Below are positions 10,377-21,038 of a stretch of 64,000 bases of DNA, in pieces (position 1 is the stretch's first letter; the number at the start of each line of letters is the position of its first letter). The stretch is taken from contig OZ244046.1 in the NCBI GenBank assembly GCA_965215055.1, positions 1,268,123 through 1,332,122 on the forward strand, written 5' to 3'. Below the pieces are notes generated by a model. That model had not been told where the DNA came from. It saw nothing but the letters and a program-made list of their open reading frames with translations, and made no database searches. This DNA is from Gammaproteobacteria bacterium (lineage in GTDB: Bacteria > Pseudomonadota > Gammaproteobacteria > UBA4575). A program made the translations under genes and the position numbers.

Positions 10377-11118
10377 TTTTGTAGTTCATGCCTGTAACTT
10401 TTTTGCTGTCGGGGCCGATGAAGTACAAGTACGGCGAAACGACTTCGTCTGGTGCCGGAAGGGTTTGGGGATTCACACCGGGGTAATTTGCAGTTCTGAG
10501 TTTGGTGCGTACTGGGGCAGGGTTCACACCATTGACACGCACGGGTTTATCTCCGTCGAGTTCATCTGCGAGAATATTCATCATCCCTACCTGTGCAGCT
10601 TTTGACACGCCATAAGCTCCCCAATAGGCCTTGGTGCAGTCGTGAGTAGAAAATACGATGCTGGGGTCGGAAGATGACTCAAGTGATGGAATACAGCATT
10701 TCGCCAGCATGAAGGATGCGTGCAGGTTTATTGTGATGGTATGCAGCCAAGTGTCTAATTGATAGTTTCTTAAGCTCTGCAAAGCTTCGATGTGACCAGC
10801 ATTGAGTATCAGCGAATCGACTGGTGAGCTTTGAGTACGGATATATTCTGCAAAACGGACGTAGTCGGTTTCCTCTGCCGTGGCAAAGTCGATTACATAT
10901 TTCTGATGAGCATTCGAAGAATTCTGTGACAATGCTTGCAAAAGGGAATTCAGTTTCTTTTCGTTTCTTGCAAGTAGTAAGAGTTTGGCCCCGTACGCTG
11001 CACAAGCCAGAGAGATCGCTTTTCCTATTCCATCCGTTGCACCAGTAACGACAACAAATCTGTTTTTCAGCAGGTCCTTGCGAGGCAGGTAGTTTTTCAG
11101 ATCTTTGGAGATGTTCAA
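10354..11118 (-). CDS. yciK: YciK family short-chain dehydrogenase/reductase
   Basis: VTGATDGIG, AYWGAYGVSK (YxxxK), VRTKLRTANYPG. Confidence 0.9.
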   Translation of the reverse strand: MNISKDLKNYLPRKDLLKNRFVVVTGATDGIGKAISLACAAYGAKLLLLARNEKKLNSLLQALSQNSSNAHQKYVIDFATAEETDYVRFAEYIRTQSSPVDSLILNAGHIEALQSLRNYQLDTWLHTITINLHASFMLAKCCIPSLESSSDPSIVFSTHDCTKAYWGAYGVSKAAQVGMMNILADELDGDKPVRVNGVNPAPVRTKLRTANYPGVNPQTLPAPDEVVSPYLYFIGPDSKKVTGMNYKINPGFCG

Positions 11119-11184
11119 TGTCGCTTTTCGTTGGTTGCGGTTTCTCTGGTCAATGACGGCAGTTTGGGGATGGAAAACAACTGA

Positions 11185-11808
11185 CTATTTTGCTGGAGAT
11201 ATGCCTTTTTCAAGCAGGTAGTTGAGTACCTGATGCGTACATTCTTCTAGGGAATCGGAGCCCGTATTTATAACCAGATCGGCATTTTCAGGCTCTTCAT
11301 AAGGCGATGAGATACCCGTGAATTCAGGAATCAAGCCTGCTTTGGCCTTTTTATAGAGTCCTTTTGTGTCTCTTTCCTCACAGGTCTCCAGCGGACATTT
11401 GCAATAGATTTCAACAAAGTCATCATTGCCGATCAATGCCTTTGCGTAGTGGCGATCTTCTCTCATTGGTGAGATAAAGGCGGTGAGCGTTATAATGCTC
11501 ATATCTACCGTGAGTTTACACATCTCGGCTATGCGCCGCAGATTCTCCCTACGGTCCGTCAGCGAAAAGCCAAGGTCACCACAAAGGTTATGTCTAACGT
11601 TATCACCGTCATATACATAGGTAAGGCATCCTCTAGTATAGAGCTGTTCTTCAACGGAATGCGCCAGCGTGGATTTTCCAGCTCCGGATAATCCACTGAA
11701 CCAGAGCACGATGCCACGGTGGCCCAACAGCTTCTCACGTCTGGAGCGAGTAACAGTGGCTGCGTGATATACTGTGTTGAAACTGATTTTATTTACAATG
11801 CTGGTCAT
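11185..11808 (-). CDS. cysC: Adenylyl-sulfate kinase
   Basis: WFSGLSGAGKST P-loop, DGDNVRH, RDTKGLY, FTGISSPYE. Confidence 0.96.
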   Translation of the reverse strand: MTSIVNKISFNTVYHAATVTRSRREKLLGHRGIVLWFSGLSGAGKSTLAHSVEEQLYTRGCLTYVYDGDNVRHNLCGDLGFSLTDRRENLRRIAEMCKLTVDMSIITLTAFISPMREDRHYAKALIGNDDFVEIYCKCPLETCEERDTKGLYKKAKAGLIPEFTGISSPYEEPENADLVINTGSDSLEECTHQVLNYLLEKGISPAK

Positions 11809-11876
11809 ATGCCTTTGCCGTTCGAGATGCCGTACAGTAAATTTTCACAGTTCTTTATGCACACGATGAAAATTTT

Positions 11877-13139
11877 TCATGGCTTTACGTTTACTTTTAT
11901 CTTGTTTTCAATTTCTCGCACTTCTGCAAGTGATTTTTTCTGTTCAATTCCCAGTTGCGTGAATTTTCTTGCGCTAGGCAAAACTTGACGCTCCAGTGAT
12001 CCGGTAACCTTGTTGAACTGGTCTACGCTATCACCCAGATTTTTACCTAGTTTGTGCAAGTGTTCAGTAAAGGTAGCCAGACGGTGATAGAGTTGTTCGC
12101 CCAATTCCCGAATTTTTTCTGCGTTCTCCGCCACAGCAAGCTGACGCCATCCGAACGCGATAGCACGAAGCAGGGCCACGATACTGGTAGGAGTTGCCAG
12201 GATGACTTTATTGCTGAATGCGTCTTCCAGCAGCTGTGGGTCTTTCTCGAGTGCGGCAGACAAAAATTGTTCGCCTGGGATAAATAATACCACAAAATCG
12301 GGTGAATGTTTGAACTGATTCCAGTAAGCCTTGCTTGAGAGTTCCTTCATACGATCCCGGACATTGCGAGCGTGTTTAAGCAAAAAGTTTTCACGAATGG
12401 CTTCGTCATTGGTCTGCGTGGCACTGAGGTAGGCATCCAAGGGCGTCTTGGAGTCCACGATGATTTCACGTTGGTCGGGCATACGAACGATCATGTCGGG
12501 ACGCATACGGCTGTCGTTTTCTCCATGCTGCTGCTCATAGAAGTCGCAGTGGTTTACCATTCCTGCGAGTTCCGCGATTCTTTTCAGCGTCAGTTCGCCC
12601 CATTGTCCGCGCACTTCCGGTCGGCGCAACGCCTGCACTAGATTTTGTGTTTCCATGCGTAAACCGGCTTGTGCTTCATTCATCAACTTCAGATGTTGTG
12701 ATAATGATCCGAATGACTCGCGACGTTCTTTCTCAATGACATGGATCTGTGACTCGGTTTGCTTCAGAGTTTCACGGATGGGTTGTAATAGCATTTCGAT
12801 AGCTTTTTCTTTTTTGTCAAGATTGGCCTCCGCCTGAATTTGATATTGCGAAAGTTTTTCTTTAGCCAATAACAGAAAACTTTCGTTGTTTGAGTCTAGC
12901 GCTTGTTTTGATAGTGTCAGAAAAGATTGTTCCAGCTTTTGTCGAGCATCTTCAAAGGCCTTTATTTTTTCCGAATGGATTTCTTTTTCATGCCAGAGCT
13001 GCAAAGATAATTCTTGTTCCCTAGCTCGTAACCGTGCGCATTTGCTGCGTCCTCGGTAATGCATGATCAATGCCCCCAGTGCACCACTCAGCAGGCACAG
13101 AACCGCGCACAGGAATAGAAATTGCCAAGTATCGCTCAC
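11877..13139 (-). CDS. rmuC: DNA recombination protein RmuC
   Basis: RGQWGELTL, RPDMIVRMP, DSKTPL, SPDFVVLFIPGE; GTG at 13139 overlaps the gph stop (GTGA). Confidence 0.94.
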   Translation of the reverse strand: MSDTWQFLFLCAVLCLLSGALGALIMHYRGRSKCARLRAREQELSLQLWHEKEIHSEKIKAFEDARQKLEQSFLTLSKQALDSNNESFLLLAKEKLSQYQIQAEANLDKKEKAIEMLLQPIRETLKQTESQIHVIEKERRESFGSLSQHLKLMNEAQAGLRMETQNLVQALRRPEVRGQWGELTLKRIAELAGMVNHCDFYEQQHGENDSRMRPDMIVRMPDQREIIVDSKTPLDAYLSATQTNDEAIRENFLLKHARNVRDRMKELSSKAYWNQFKHSPDFVVLFIPGEQFLSAALEKDPQLLEDAFSNKVILATPTSIVALLRAIAFGWRQLAVAENAEKIRELGEQLYHRLATFTEHLHKLGKNLGDSVDQFNKVTGSLERQVLPSARKFTQLGIEQKKSLAEVREIENKIKVNVKP

Positions 13140-13828
13140 GCCGTCATCGTCAACTGATTGTGAGTAAGAAGCCAATTCTTGAGTTCAATGGCTTTGTTGA
13201 AAACGACGTCTGCCCCCCAGTTGTGGATATCCCGATGATCTTGGATATAGCCATACGCTGCTATAGCGGTTTTCATTTTTGCTGCCTTGCCTGCCTGCAC
13301 GTCACGCAGATCATCACCCATGTATATGCAATCAGTCTTGTCAACACCAATGATGTTTGCAGCGTGCAGTAATTGGTTGGGGCTTGGTTTTTTTTTGGAC
13401 AGAGAATCACCGCTAATCATGCAGATGGCTCGAAAGGCGATACCAAGTTGTTGTATCAATGGTTCGGCCAACCGGCCTGGTTTGTTGGTAACAATCCCCC
13501 AAGGAATACCGGTCTGGTCGAGAAAATCCAATAACTTGGGTACGTCTGTGAACAATTTCGTCTTGTTACAAAGCATCTCAGCGTAGAGCTGTAGAAATTC
13601 GTCACGCAGTTGCAAACCTCGTTTTTCTTCCAAATGCTCTCCAAACCCTAGTTTGAGCATGGCGATACTGCCTTTTGAAGCATGCTTACGTACTACGTCG
13701 TACGCAAGCACGTCTTTACCGTATGTCATCAATAATCTGTTCAGTGCATCTGTCATATCAGCTGAGGTGTCCGCCAAAGTACCATCTAAGTCAAATAGTA
13801 CGGCCCTCACTTGAGATGAGTTACTCAT
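13136..13828 (-). CDS. gph: HAD-IA hydrolase, phosphoglycolate phosphatase-like
   Basis: FDLDGTLAD, VTNKP, KKKPSP, YMGDDLRD; adjacent to ubiG. Confidence 0.88.
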   Translation of the reverse strand: MSNSSQVRAVLFDLDGTLADTSADMTDALNRLLMTYGKDVLAYDVVRKHASKGSIAMLKLGFGEHLEEKRGLQLRDEFLQLYAEMLCNKTKLFTDVPKLLDFLDQTGIPWGIVTNKPGRLAEPLIQQLGIAFRAICMISGDSLSKKKPSPNQLLHAANIIGVDKTDCIYMGDDLRDVQAGKAAKMKTAIAAYGYIQDHRDIHNWGADVVFNKAIELKNWLLTHNQLTMTA

Positions 13829-13846
13829 GTAGAATCATCGTGAAAG

Positions 13847-14566
13847 TCAATTTTGTCCTTGCTGTTTTTCGGCGTGGACGAGGTAATTTATACTAATGTT
13901 TGTTGACAGTGCATAGGATTTGCTGAAAGGGTTGTAGGTTATGCCGACGATTTCATTGGTGCGCATGTGCGCGTGGCGAATCAAATGATCAAGTTCCGAC
14001 GGGCGAATCAGCTTTTCGTACTCATGGGTGCCTTTGGGCAACAGGTTCAGGATGTACTCTGCACCTATGATTGCGTACAGGAAAGACTTGGGACTGCGGT
14101 TTATTGTGGCAAAAAAGACTTGGCCTTGTGGCTTCACCAGTTGCGCACAAGCCTTGACGATTGCGGCGGGGTCAGGGACATGCTCCAACATTTCCATGCA
14201 GGTAACGACATCAAACGATTGCGGCCTCTCGCCCGCAAGCTCTTCTGCTGAAGTCATCTGATATTCTATATCCAACTTTTGTTCACGGGCATGGATTCTT
14301 GCGACTGTAAGAGGGGCTTTACCAAGGTCAATACCTGTTACCTGCGCACCTCTTTGCGCCATGGATTCGGATAATATGCCGCCGCCGCAACCCACGTCGA
14401 GAACCTTCTTTCCCCCTAGATTCACCTGCTTATCAATATAATTCAGGCGAAGGGGGTTGATATCGTGCAATGGCTTGAGTTCACTTTCTTTGTCCCACCA
14501 GCGATAGGCCATTGCTTCAAACTTGGCTAGTTCTTCTTCATCAACGTTGGTGTGCGTAGCTGGCAT
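13847..14566 (-). CDS. ubiG: Ubiquinone biosynthesis O-methyltransferase
   Basis: PLHDINPLRL, VLDVGCGGGILSES, CMEMLEHVPDP. Confidence 0.97.
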   Translation of the reverse strand: MPATHTNVDEEELAKFEAMAYRWWDKESELKPLHDINPLRLNYIDKQVNLGGKKVLDVGCGGGILSESMAQRGAQVTGIDLGKAPLTVARIHAREQKLDIEYQMTSAEELAGERPQSFDVVTCMEMLEHVPDPAAIVKACAQLVKPQGQVFFATINRSPKSFLYAIIGAEYILNLLPKGTHEYEKLIRPSELDHLIRHAHMRTNEIVGITYNPFSKSYALSTNISINYLVHAEKQQGQN

Positions 14567-14661
14567 AGAGAAGGTACCTGCTGAAGTTTCCCGTAGTCTA
14601 ATAGTGAAATTAATCTTAAAAAGTGTATTCCATTGCTATCAATGGCTAGTCCATGATTCCG

Positions 14662-15972
14662 TTACAAAATTTTATTTTTCCACTCCCGTGTTCTAGTCAG
14701 CACTTCATTTCGGTCGAGGGTGGTAAGTTGTCCGTTGCGCAATAATTGTTTTCCAGCGACCCACACGTCTGACACTTGGCTACGTTGTGTGGCGTACACC
14801 AAATGTCCAATGGCATCGTACAACGGCTGGGCTTCAGGTGTGCTAACGTCAATGACAGCCATGTCCGCAGACTTTCCTATTTCCAGAGAACCTGTTTCAT
14901 GATCTATTCCCAGAGCAGTGGCGGCATTGATAGTCGCGCAGCGTAAGGATTGATACGCGGGCAACGCTGCCGCGTTCCGAGCAACACCTCTAGCTAGCAA
15001 CGTTGCGGTATGTAGTTCGCCCAACATATCGAGATCATCGTTGCTGGCGCAGCTATCCGTTCCAAGTGCTACATTGACTTGTTTGCTGATGAGTTTTTGC
15101 AGCGGACAAAATCCGCTTGCCAATTTCAGGTTTGATTCTGGGCAATGTACTATGCTGGCCTTGGCTTCAGCCAATAAATTGATTTCGTCATCTTGAAGCT
15201 GCGTCATGTGCACAGCGATCAAACTGCTGTTGACCAAGCCAAGTTTGTGCAGGCGTTGTAAGGGACGTATTTGATATTGTTTCAGGCTGTCAGTAATTTC
15301 GGTTTCCGTTTCGTGTAGATGGATATGGACGGGTAATTCCAATTCATTTGACAAAGTGGTTACGCGCTCCAGAGAGGTGTTGGACACGGTATACGGGGCA
15401 TGAGGCGCAAACGCGCAGTGTACCAGGGGGTAAGGTTTATATTGGTCATGTATCGCCAGTCCCTTGTCGAAGTATTCATCTATGTCGTTGGCGTATCGGG
15501 TAGGAAAATCAAGCAGGATCATACCTATGCAGGCGCGCATCCCAGCCTCTGTCGTAGCTTTTGCGGTGGTCTCGGCAAAAAAGTACATGTCATTAAAACA
15601 TGTAATTCCACCACGGATCATTTCCGCGATTGCTAATTTCGTACCGGTCTCTACAAAATCTTCATTTACCCACTTCTGTTCGGCAGGCCATATACGATTC
15701 TGTAGCCAGTCCATGAGAGGTAAGTCGTTTGCAAAGCCGCGGAACAATGCCATGGCTGCATGAGTATGTGTGTTAATCAGCCCAGGAATGATAATGTGAT
15801 GATCATAGGTGTGACTTACATCACATGAGTATTTTTTTCTTGCCTTCAGTGTTGGCAGGATGTCGAGAATACGTCCATTATTCACCACAATGCTGAAATC
15901 GGCTAACGCTCGTGCCTCGGCATCCATTGGAACGATGTGTTTGCCGTGAATGAGCGTTTGAACGTGCGTCAT
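14662..15972 (-). CDS. mtaD: TRZ/ATZ amidohydrolase, probable MTA/SAH deaminase
   Basis: PGLINTHTHAAM, HIHLHET, HCPESNLKLASG, LGTDSCASN; divergent from mtnA; start at MTHVQ (15972) preferred. Confidence 0.85.
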   Translation of the reverse strand: MTHVQTLIHGKHIVPMDAEARALADFSIVVNNGRILDILPTLKARKKYSCDVSHTYDHHIIIPGLINTHTHAAMALFRGFANDLPLMDWLQNRIWPAEQKWVNEDFVETGTKLAIAEMIRGGITCFNDMYFFAETTAKATTEAGMRACIGMILLDFPTRYANDIDEYFDKGLAIHDQYKPYPLVHCAFAPHAPYTVSNTSLERVTTLSNELELPVHIHLHETETEITDSLKQYQIRPLQRLHKLGLVNSSLIAVHMTQLQDDEINLLAEAKASIVHCPESNLKLASGFCPLQKLISKQVNVALGTDSCASNDDLDMLGELHTATLLARGVARNAAALPAYQSLRCATINAATALGIDHETGSLEIGKSADMAVIDVSTPEAQPLYDAIGHLVYATQRSQVSDVWVAGKQLLRNGQLTTLDRNEVLTRTREWKNKIL

Positions 15973-16119
15973 ATAGCGATCTGGTTTCTTTCGGCAAGCC
16001 GTGCTGCCTTGTATCATGGTGGCCGGCTTAACAGCAATATGATTATTATATGATTGAAATACAAAGTACTCAATCAAGGGCCTGTAATTACAAATTGTCT
16101 AGTTCTTAAAGGTAGTATC

Positions 16120-17160
16120 ATGGACTCATTAACTGCGAGGGCTATTGACTGGCGAAATGATCGCCTAGTACTGCTTGATCAGCGCAAACTTCCGCACGAG
16201 GTCCAATTTATCGAATGTTCGTCTTGTCAGGAAGTAGTTACCTCCATCAAGGATTTGGTAGTGCGCGGCGCACCTGCTATTGGAATTACGGCGGCTTATG
16301 GCGTAGTGCTTGCGGCAAGGTCTTGTTTTGCAAGGGCTCCCAATAACTGGAAGAAATGCGTTGCGGTGTGGCTTGATGCTTTGCTGCATACACGGCCTAC
16401 AGCAGTAAATTTGAAGTGGGCAGTTACGCGTATGCGTGAAGCCATAATGGCAGTTCCTGCGGGTAATCCTGAAGCTGTTCTATTGCAAGTTGCTCGCCAA
16501 ATTCACCAGGAAGATGTAATCGCCAACAAGGCTCTCGGCGATTTCGGAGCACGGCTGATACGAGATAATTCTGTCGTGCTTACGCATTGCAATGCGGGCG
16601 CCCTGGCGACGGCTGGTTATGGAACTGCATTAGGTGTAATTCGCAGTGCCTGGGCGTGCAACAAGATAAAAGAAGTTTATGCGGGTGAAACTCGACCATG
16701 GTTTCAGGGCACAAGGATTACCGCTTGGGAGCTGTTGCAAGATGATATCCCTGTTACGCTTATCTGTGATGGTGCCGCGGCTAGTTTGATGCGCCGAAAG
16801 GGGTTGAACTGGGTGATCGTTGGTGCTGACTGTATTGCAGCAAATGGAGACGTTGCCAACAAAATAGGCACCTATTCACTAGCAGTGGCAGCAAAGCGGC
16901 ACGGAGTGGGTTTTATGGTAGCTGCACCAACCAGCACCATTGAGGTGGGGATTGAAAATGGTGACTCGGTCGAGATCGAGGAGCGTGCTCACAGCGAAGT
17001 AACGCAATACCTAGGGTATTCTTTTGGCCCTGACAAGGCACGAGTTTGGAACCCTGTGTTCGATATTACTCCAGCAGATTTGGTAAGCGCTCTGGTCACG
17101 GAGAAAGGTGTAATCGAGCGTCCAGACCGAAGCAAGATCAAACGATTAATGCAGGCTTGA
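16120..17160 (+). CDS. mtnA: S-methyl-5-thioribose-1-phosphate isomerase
   Basis: VRGAPAIG, RPTAVNL, THCNAGALAT, ETRPWFQG; ATG at 16120. Confidence 0.96.
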   Translation: MDSLTARAIDWRNDRLVLLDQRKLPHEVQFIECSSCQEVVTSIKDLVVRGAPAIGITAAYGVVLAARSCFARAPNNWKKCVAVWLDALLHTRPTAVNLKWAVTRMREAIMAVPAGNPEAVLLQVARQIHQEDVIANKALGDFGARLIRDNSVVLTHCNAGALATAGYGTALGVIRSAWACNKIKEVYAGETRPWFQGTRITAWELLQDDIPVTLICDGAAASLMRRKGLNWVIVGADCIAANGDVANKIGTYSLAVAAKRHGVGFMVAAPTSTIEVGIENGDSVEIEERAHSEVTQYLGYSFGPDKARVWNPVFDITPADLVSALVTEKGVIERPDRSKIKRLMQA

Positions 17161-17259
17161 TTCGATTTTAATTGTCTTTTTATCAAATCGTCTTCGGGTG
17201 GCTTATGCTACACTTTGATATCTCGAAGCGAATACATAGTTCTTTTTGAAATCACTTAA

Positions 17260-19824
17260 ATGGCTGCAATCGCCAAGGAAATCCATCTCGTAAATCTTGA
17301 AGACGAGATGCGGCAATCGTATCTCGATTACGCCATGAGCGTAATCGTTGGCCGTGCGTTGCCCGACGTAAGAGATGGCCTGAAGCCGGTTCATCGCAGA
17401 ATTCTCTATGCCATGTATGAGAGTAATAACATGTGGAATCGCCCTTACGTCAAGTGCGCACGTATCGTCGGCAATGTGCTGGGTAAATATCATCCTCATG
17501 GGGATACCGCGACTTATGAAGCCTTGGTGCGCATGGCGCAGGAATTTTCAATGCGCTACAGGTTAGTGGATGGGCAGGGAAATTTTGGTTCCATAGATGG
17601 CGACCCGCCGGCAGCGTATCGTTACACGGAATGTCGCATGACGCAGTTGTCATCGGAAATTCTTGCTGATATCGAACGTGATACTGTTGATTTTGCGCCC
17701 AACTATGACAGTAAAGAATCAGAACCGACAATACTACCGACCAAAATACCCAACCTGCTGGTTAACGGATCTTCCGGCATTGCTGTTGGCATGGCTACGA
17801 ATATCCCACCACATAATTTGTCTGAAGTAGTCAATGCCAGTCTTGCCCTGATTGAAAACCCTGATGCCGATTACCAGCAACTGATGCAACACCTGCCGGG
17901 ACCTGATTTTCCAACGGCTGCGATTATCAATGGTAGCGAAGGAATCGTTGAAGCCTATCGCGATGGCCGTGGTCGTGTACACATGCGTGCGCGTACGCAC
18001 GTCGAACAAGATAAAAAAAGTGGGCGTGAGCGTATCGTCGTTACCGAGTTGCCGTATCAGGTCAACAAGGCAGGCTTGATCGTCAAAATTGCTGATCTGG
18101 TTAAGGAAAAACGCTTGGAAGGGATTGCCGCTGATGGCTTACGTGATGAATCCGATAAGGATGGTATGCGCATCGTTATCGAACTGCGTAGAGGTGAAGC
18201 GAGTGAGGTAATTTTGAATAACCTCTATAAACACACTCCAATGCAGAGCACGTTTGGCGTAAACATGGTAGCTCTGGTTGATGGACAGCCGCAATTGCTC
18301 AACTTGAAACAGATTCTTCAAAAGTTTGTTCAGCATCGCCGCGATGTAGTCACACGTCGAACCATATTTGAATTGCGTAAGGCGCGTGAACGTGCGCATG
18401 TTCTTGAAGGCCAGGCAGTAGCATTGACAAATATTGACGAGATCATCGCACTCATCAAGAAGTCGCCAAGTTCTGCAGAGGCAAAGGAAAAACTAATCGC
18501 AAAATCATGGCAGCCCGGAGTGGTACGCGAAATGTTGAAACGTGCAAGTGCTGAAGCGTCGCGTCCTGAAAGTCTGGATGCCGAATATGGAATGCACGGC
18601 GGAAAATATCGCCTCTCACCGATACAGGCACAAGCGATACTGGACTTGCGTCTACACCGTCTCACTGGCCTGGAACAGGATAAAATCGTCAATAATTACA
18701 GTGAACTACTCGACAGGATCATTGACCTGCTTGATATTTTGCAAGTTCCTGAGCGGCTCATACAGGTAGTGCGCGAGGAACTGGAGACTGTACGCGATCA
18801 ATATGGCGACGCACGCCGCACCGAGATCACTGCAGCGTGCATGGATTTTACTATGGAAGACCTGATTCAAGAAGAAGATGTCGTAGTTACGTTGTCGCGT
18901 GCAGGCTATGTAAAATGGCAATCCCTGGACAACTATCGCGCTCAACATCGTGGTGGAAAAGGTAAGACTGCAACTTCAGTGAAAATGAAAGATTTTGTCG
19001 AGCAATTATTCGTAGCTAACACCCATGATACGATTTTATGCTTCTCCAGTCGCGGCAAGGTCTATTGGATCAAGGTTTATGAGCTACCCCAGGCAAGCCG
19101 GATTGCACGCGGCAAGCCCATTGTAAATCTCTTGCCGTTACAGGAGGGTGAGTTTATCAATGCTGTTCTTCCGGTGAAGGAATATCGTGAAGACGTCTGT
19201 ATCGTGATGGTGGCAAGTAGTGGTACGGTAAAGAAAACCCGCCTCACCGAATTTTCGCGGCCACGTTCCAGCGGGATCCTTGCGGTAGGCTTGCGTGAGG
19301 ACGATTATCTCGTCGGCGTTACCGTGACGCGTGGAGATACCGATATTCTGATGATCAGCGATGCAGGGAAGGCCATACGCTTTAACGAGAATGACGTACG
19401 TACCGTCGGGCGCAGTGCAACAGGCGTGCGTGGAATCAAACTGGTGCAAGAGGAACAAAAGGTGGTTGGCCTGATTGCCATCACTACCGACATGAGTGCT
19501 ACTGATGTGCTGGTGGCGACGGAAAACGGTTATGGGAAGCGCACGAAAATAGAAGGCTATCCCGTGCAAAAACGCGGCGGTCAAGGGGTCATCACAATTC
19601 AGACTTCCAAACGCAATGGTAAGGTAATAGGTGCCGTAGCAGTATCAAAGGAAGATGAGATTATGCTGATTACGGCTAATGGTACTTTGGTAAGAATACC
19701 GGTCAAGGAGGTATCGCGAATGAGTCGCAATACACAAGGAGTAAGATTGATACATCTGGCAGCAGAAGAGTGGCTGGTTGAAGTCGAGCGTATAGAAAGT
19801 CTTGCTGACCCGAAAAGTACATGA
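17260..19824 (+). CDS. gyrA: DNA gyrase subunit A
   Basis: [23 protein letters not shown] active site, GyrA-box-like QHRGGKG, C-terminal propeller repeats. Confidence 0.99.
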   Translation: MAAIAKEIHLVNLEDEMRQSYLDYAMSVIVGRALPDVRDGLKPVHRRILYAMYESNNMWNRPYVKCARIVGNVLGKYHPHGDTATYEALVRMAQEFSMRYRLVDGQGNFGSIDGDPPAAYRYTECRMTQLSSEILADIERDTVDFAPNYDSKESEPTILPTKIPNLLVNGSSGIAVGMATNIPPHNLSEVVNASLALIENPDADYQQLMQHLPGPDFPTAAIINGSEGIVEAYRDGRGRVHMRARTHVEQDKKSGRERIVVTELPYQVNKAGLIVKIADLVKEKRLEGIAADGLRDESDKDGMRIVIELRRGEASEVILNNLYKHTPMQSTFGVNMVALVDGQPQLLNLKQILQKFVQHRRDVVTRRTIFELRKARERAHVLEGQAVALTNIDEIIALIKKSPSSAEAKEKLIAKSWQPGVVREMLKRASAEASRPESLDAEYGMHGGKYRLSPIQAQAILDLRLHRLTGLEQDKIVNNYSELLDRIIDLLDILQVPERLIQVVREELETVRDQYGDARRTEITAACMDFTMEDLIQEEDVVVTLSRAGYVKWQSLDNYRAQHRGGKGKTATSVKMKDFVEQLFVANTHDTILCFSSRGKVYWIKVYELPQASRIARGKPIVNLLPLQEGEFINAVLPVKEYREDVCIVMVASSGTVKKTRLTEFSRPRSSGILAVGLREDDYLVGVTVTRGDTDILMISDAGKAIRFNENDVRTVGRSATGVRGIKLVQEEQKVVGLIAITTDMSATDVLVATENGYGKRTKIEGYPVQKRGGQGVITIQTSKRNGKVIGAVAVSKEDEIMLITANGTLVRIPVKEVSRMSRNTQGVRLIHLAAEEWLVEVERIESLADPKST

Positions 19825-19854
19825 TTTTTCATTTTCGACGGGGAATTTCTGCCA

Positions 19855-20940
19855 ATGCGAAAGGTGTTTTATTTTGGTGCGGGTCCGGCTATCTTGCCAG
19901 AATCAGTGCTCAAGGGGATTCAAAGGGAGTTTCTTGATTATCAGGGTACCGGTCTTTCCATAGTTGAATTCAGTCATCGCAGCAAGGAGCTACTCGCCGT
20001 CAGAGACCGTGCCGAAGGGCTGTTAAGGGAGTTATTGCGAATTCCCGACAACTATGCGGTATTGTTTATGCACGGCGGTGCTACCAACCAGTTTTCCATG
20101 CTGCCGTTAAACTTTCTTGGTAAAGATGCAAGTGCCGATTACTTATGTACCGGACATTGGTCAACTAAGGCGTGCATGGAGGCAAAAAAATTTGGTGTAA
20201 TCAATGAAATTCATGCGTTGAATAGTGATGGGTCTCTATCAATCCTGTCCCCGGATGTAAGGAGATTTACCTCGAATACCGCCTATGTCCACTATTGTGA
20301 TAATGAAACCATCGATGGTGTCGCCTTTGCGCAGGTGCCGAATGTCGATGGCCGACCACTGGTATGTGATATGACCTCTTCGATACTGATGCGCCCGATT
20401 GATGTTGGCGAATACAGTCTGATCTATGCCAGCGCCCAAAAGAATCTAGGTATTGCCGGGCTTGGCGTAGTGATCGTCAAAAGGGCATTCCTTAATAATA
20501 GAAACATGGACGTACCTCGATTGTATGATTACGGGTTGTATGCCGAAGAAGACTCGTTGGTCAACACGCCGCCAACTTTTGCAATCTACGTTCTGCAGCG
20601 CATACTTGATTGGGTCAAGAGCCAGGGAGGTGTTGAAGAAATGTATCAACGAAGCAAGACGCGTGCCGCTTTGGTATATCAGGTAGTTGATGCGGAAGAT
20701 CTTTACAGCAACGAAGTGGCTGAAGAAAATCGCTCAAGAATCAACATTCCATTCAGGATTAAAGATGCCGGTTTACAGGATGATTTTTTGTGGCAGGCAG
20801 AAGAAAACAGGCTGCTCGGATTGCGTGGTCACAAGGCTGTAGGGGGGGTCCGGGTTAGCCTGTACAATGCCATGCCGCAAGCAGGTGTGCAACAACTGAT
20901 AAGTTTTATGCAGAAGTTTGCTCGCAAACAGTTAGCGTAG
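19855..20940 (+). CDS. serC: Phosphoserine aminotransferase
   Basis: YFGAGPAILP, EFSHRS, YASAQKNLG (PLP Lys), NTPPTF, GGVRVSLYNA. Confidence 0.97.
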   Translation: MRKVFYFGAGPAILPESVLKGIQREFLDYQGTGLSIVEFSHRSKELLAVRDRAEGLLRELLRIPDNYAVLFMHGGATNQFSMLPLNFLGKDASADYLCTGHWSTKACMEAKKFGVINEIHALNSDGSLSILSPDVRRFTSNTAYVHYCDNETIDGVAFAQVPNVDGRPLVCDMTSSILMRPIDVGEYSLIYASAQKNLGIAGLGVVIVKRAFLNNRNMDVPRLYDYGLYAEEDSLVNTPPTFAIYVLQRILDWVKSQGGVEEMYQRSKTRAALVYQVVDAEDLYSNEVAEENRSRINIPFRIKDAGLQDDFLWQAEENRLLGLRGHKAVGGVRVSLYNAMPQAGVQQLISFMQKFARKQLA

Positions 20941-21038
20941 ATATCGACAAAAGTGCCAAGTGCACCACCTGTCTGCACGGGTAATGAGTTTTGCCGCGCC
21001 TTTTTACCAGAGGTAATACTCAAGCGATTTTTGTAAGC

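Noticed and set aside
14662-17160. Divergent MTA/SAH deaminase and mtnA as a novel salvage route
   Set aside because: ubiG-mtaD/mtnA-gyrA-serC synteny and the deaminase-type MTA route are known from pseudomonads
20961-20977. NtrC-like site TGCACCA-cct-GTCTGCA between serC and amt stops, next to a TGGCAC hexamer
   Set aside because: One half-site is degenerate, it lies ~1.6 kb downstream of the amt promoter, and the TGGCAC lacks the -12 GC
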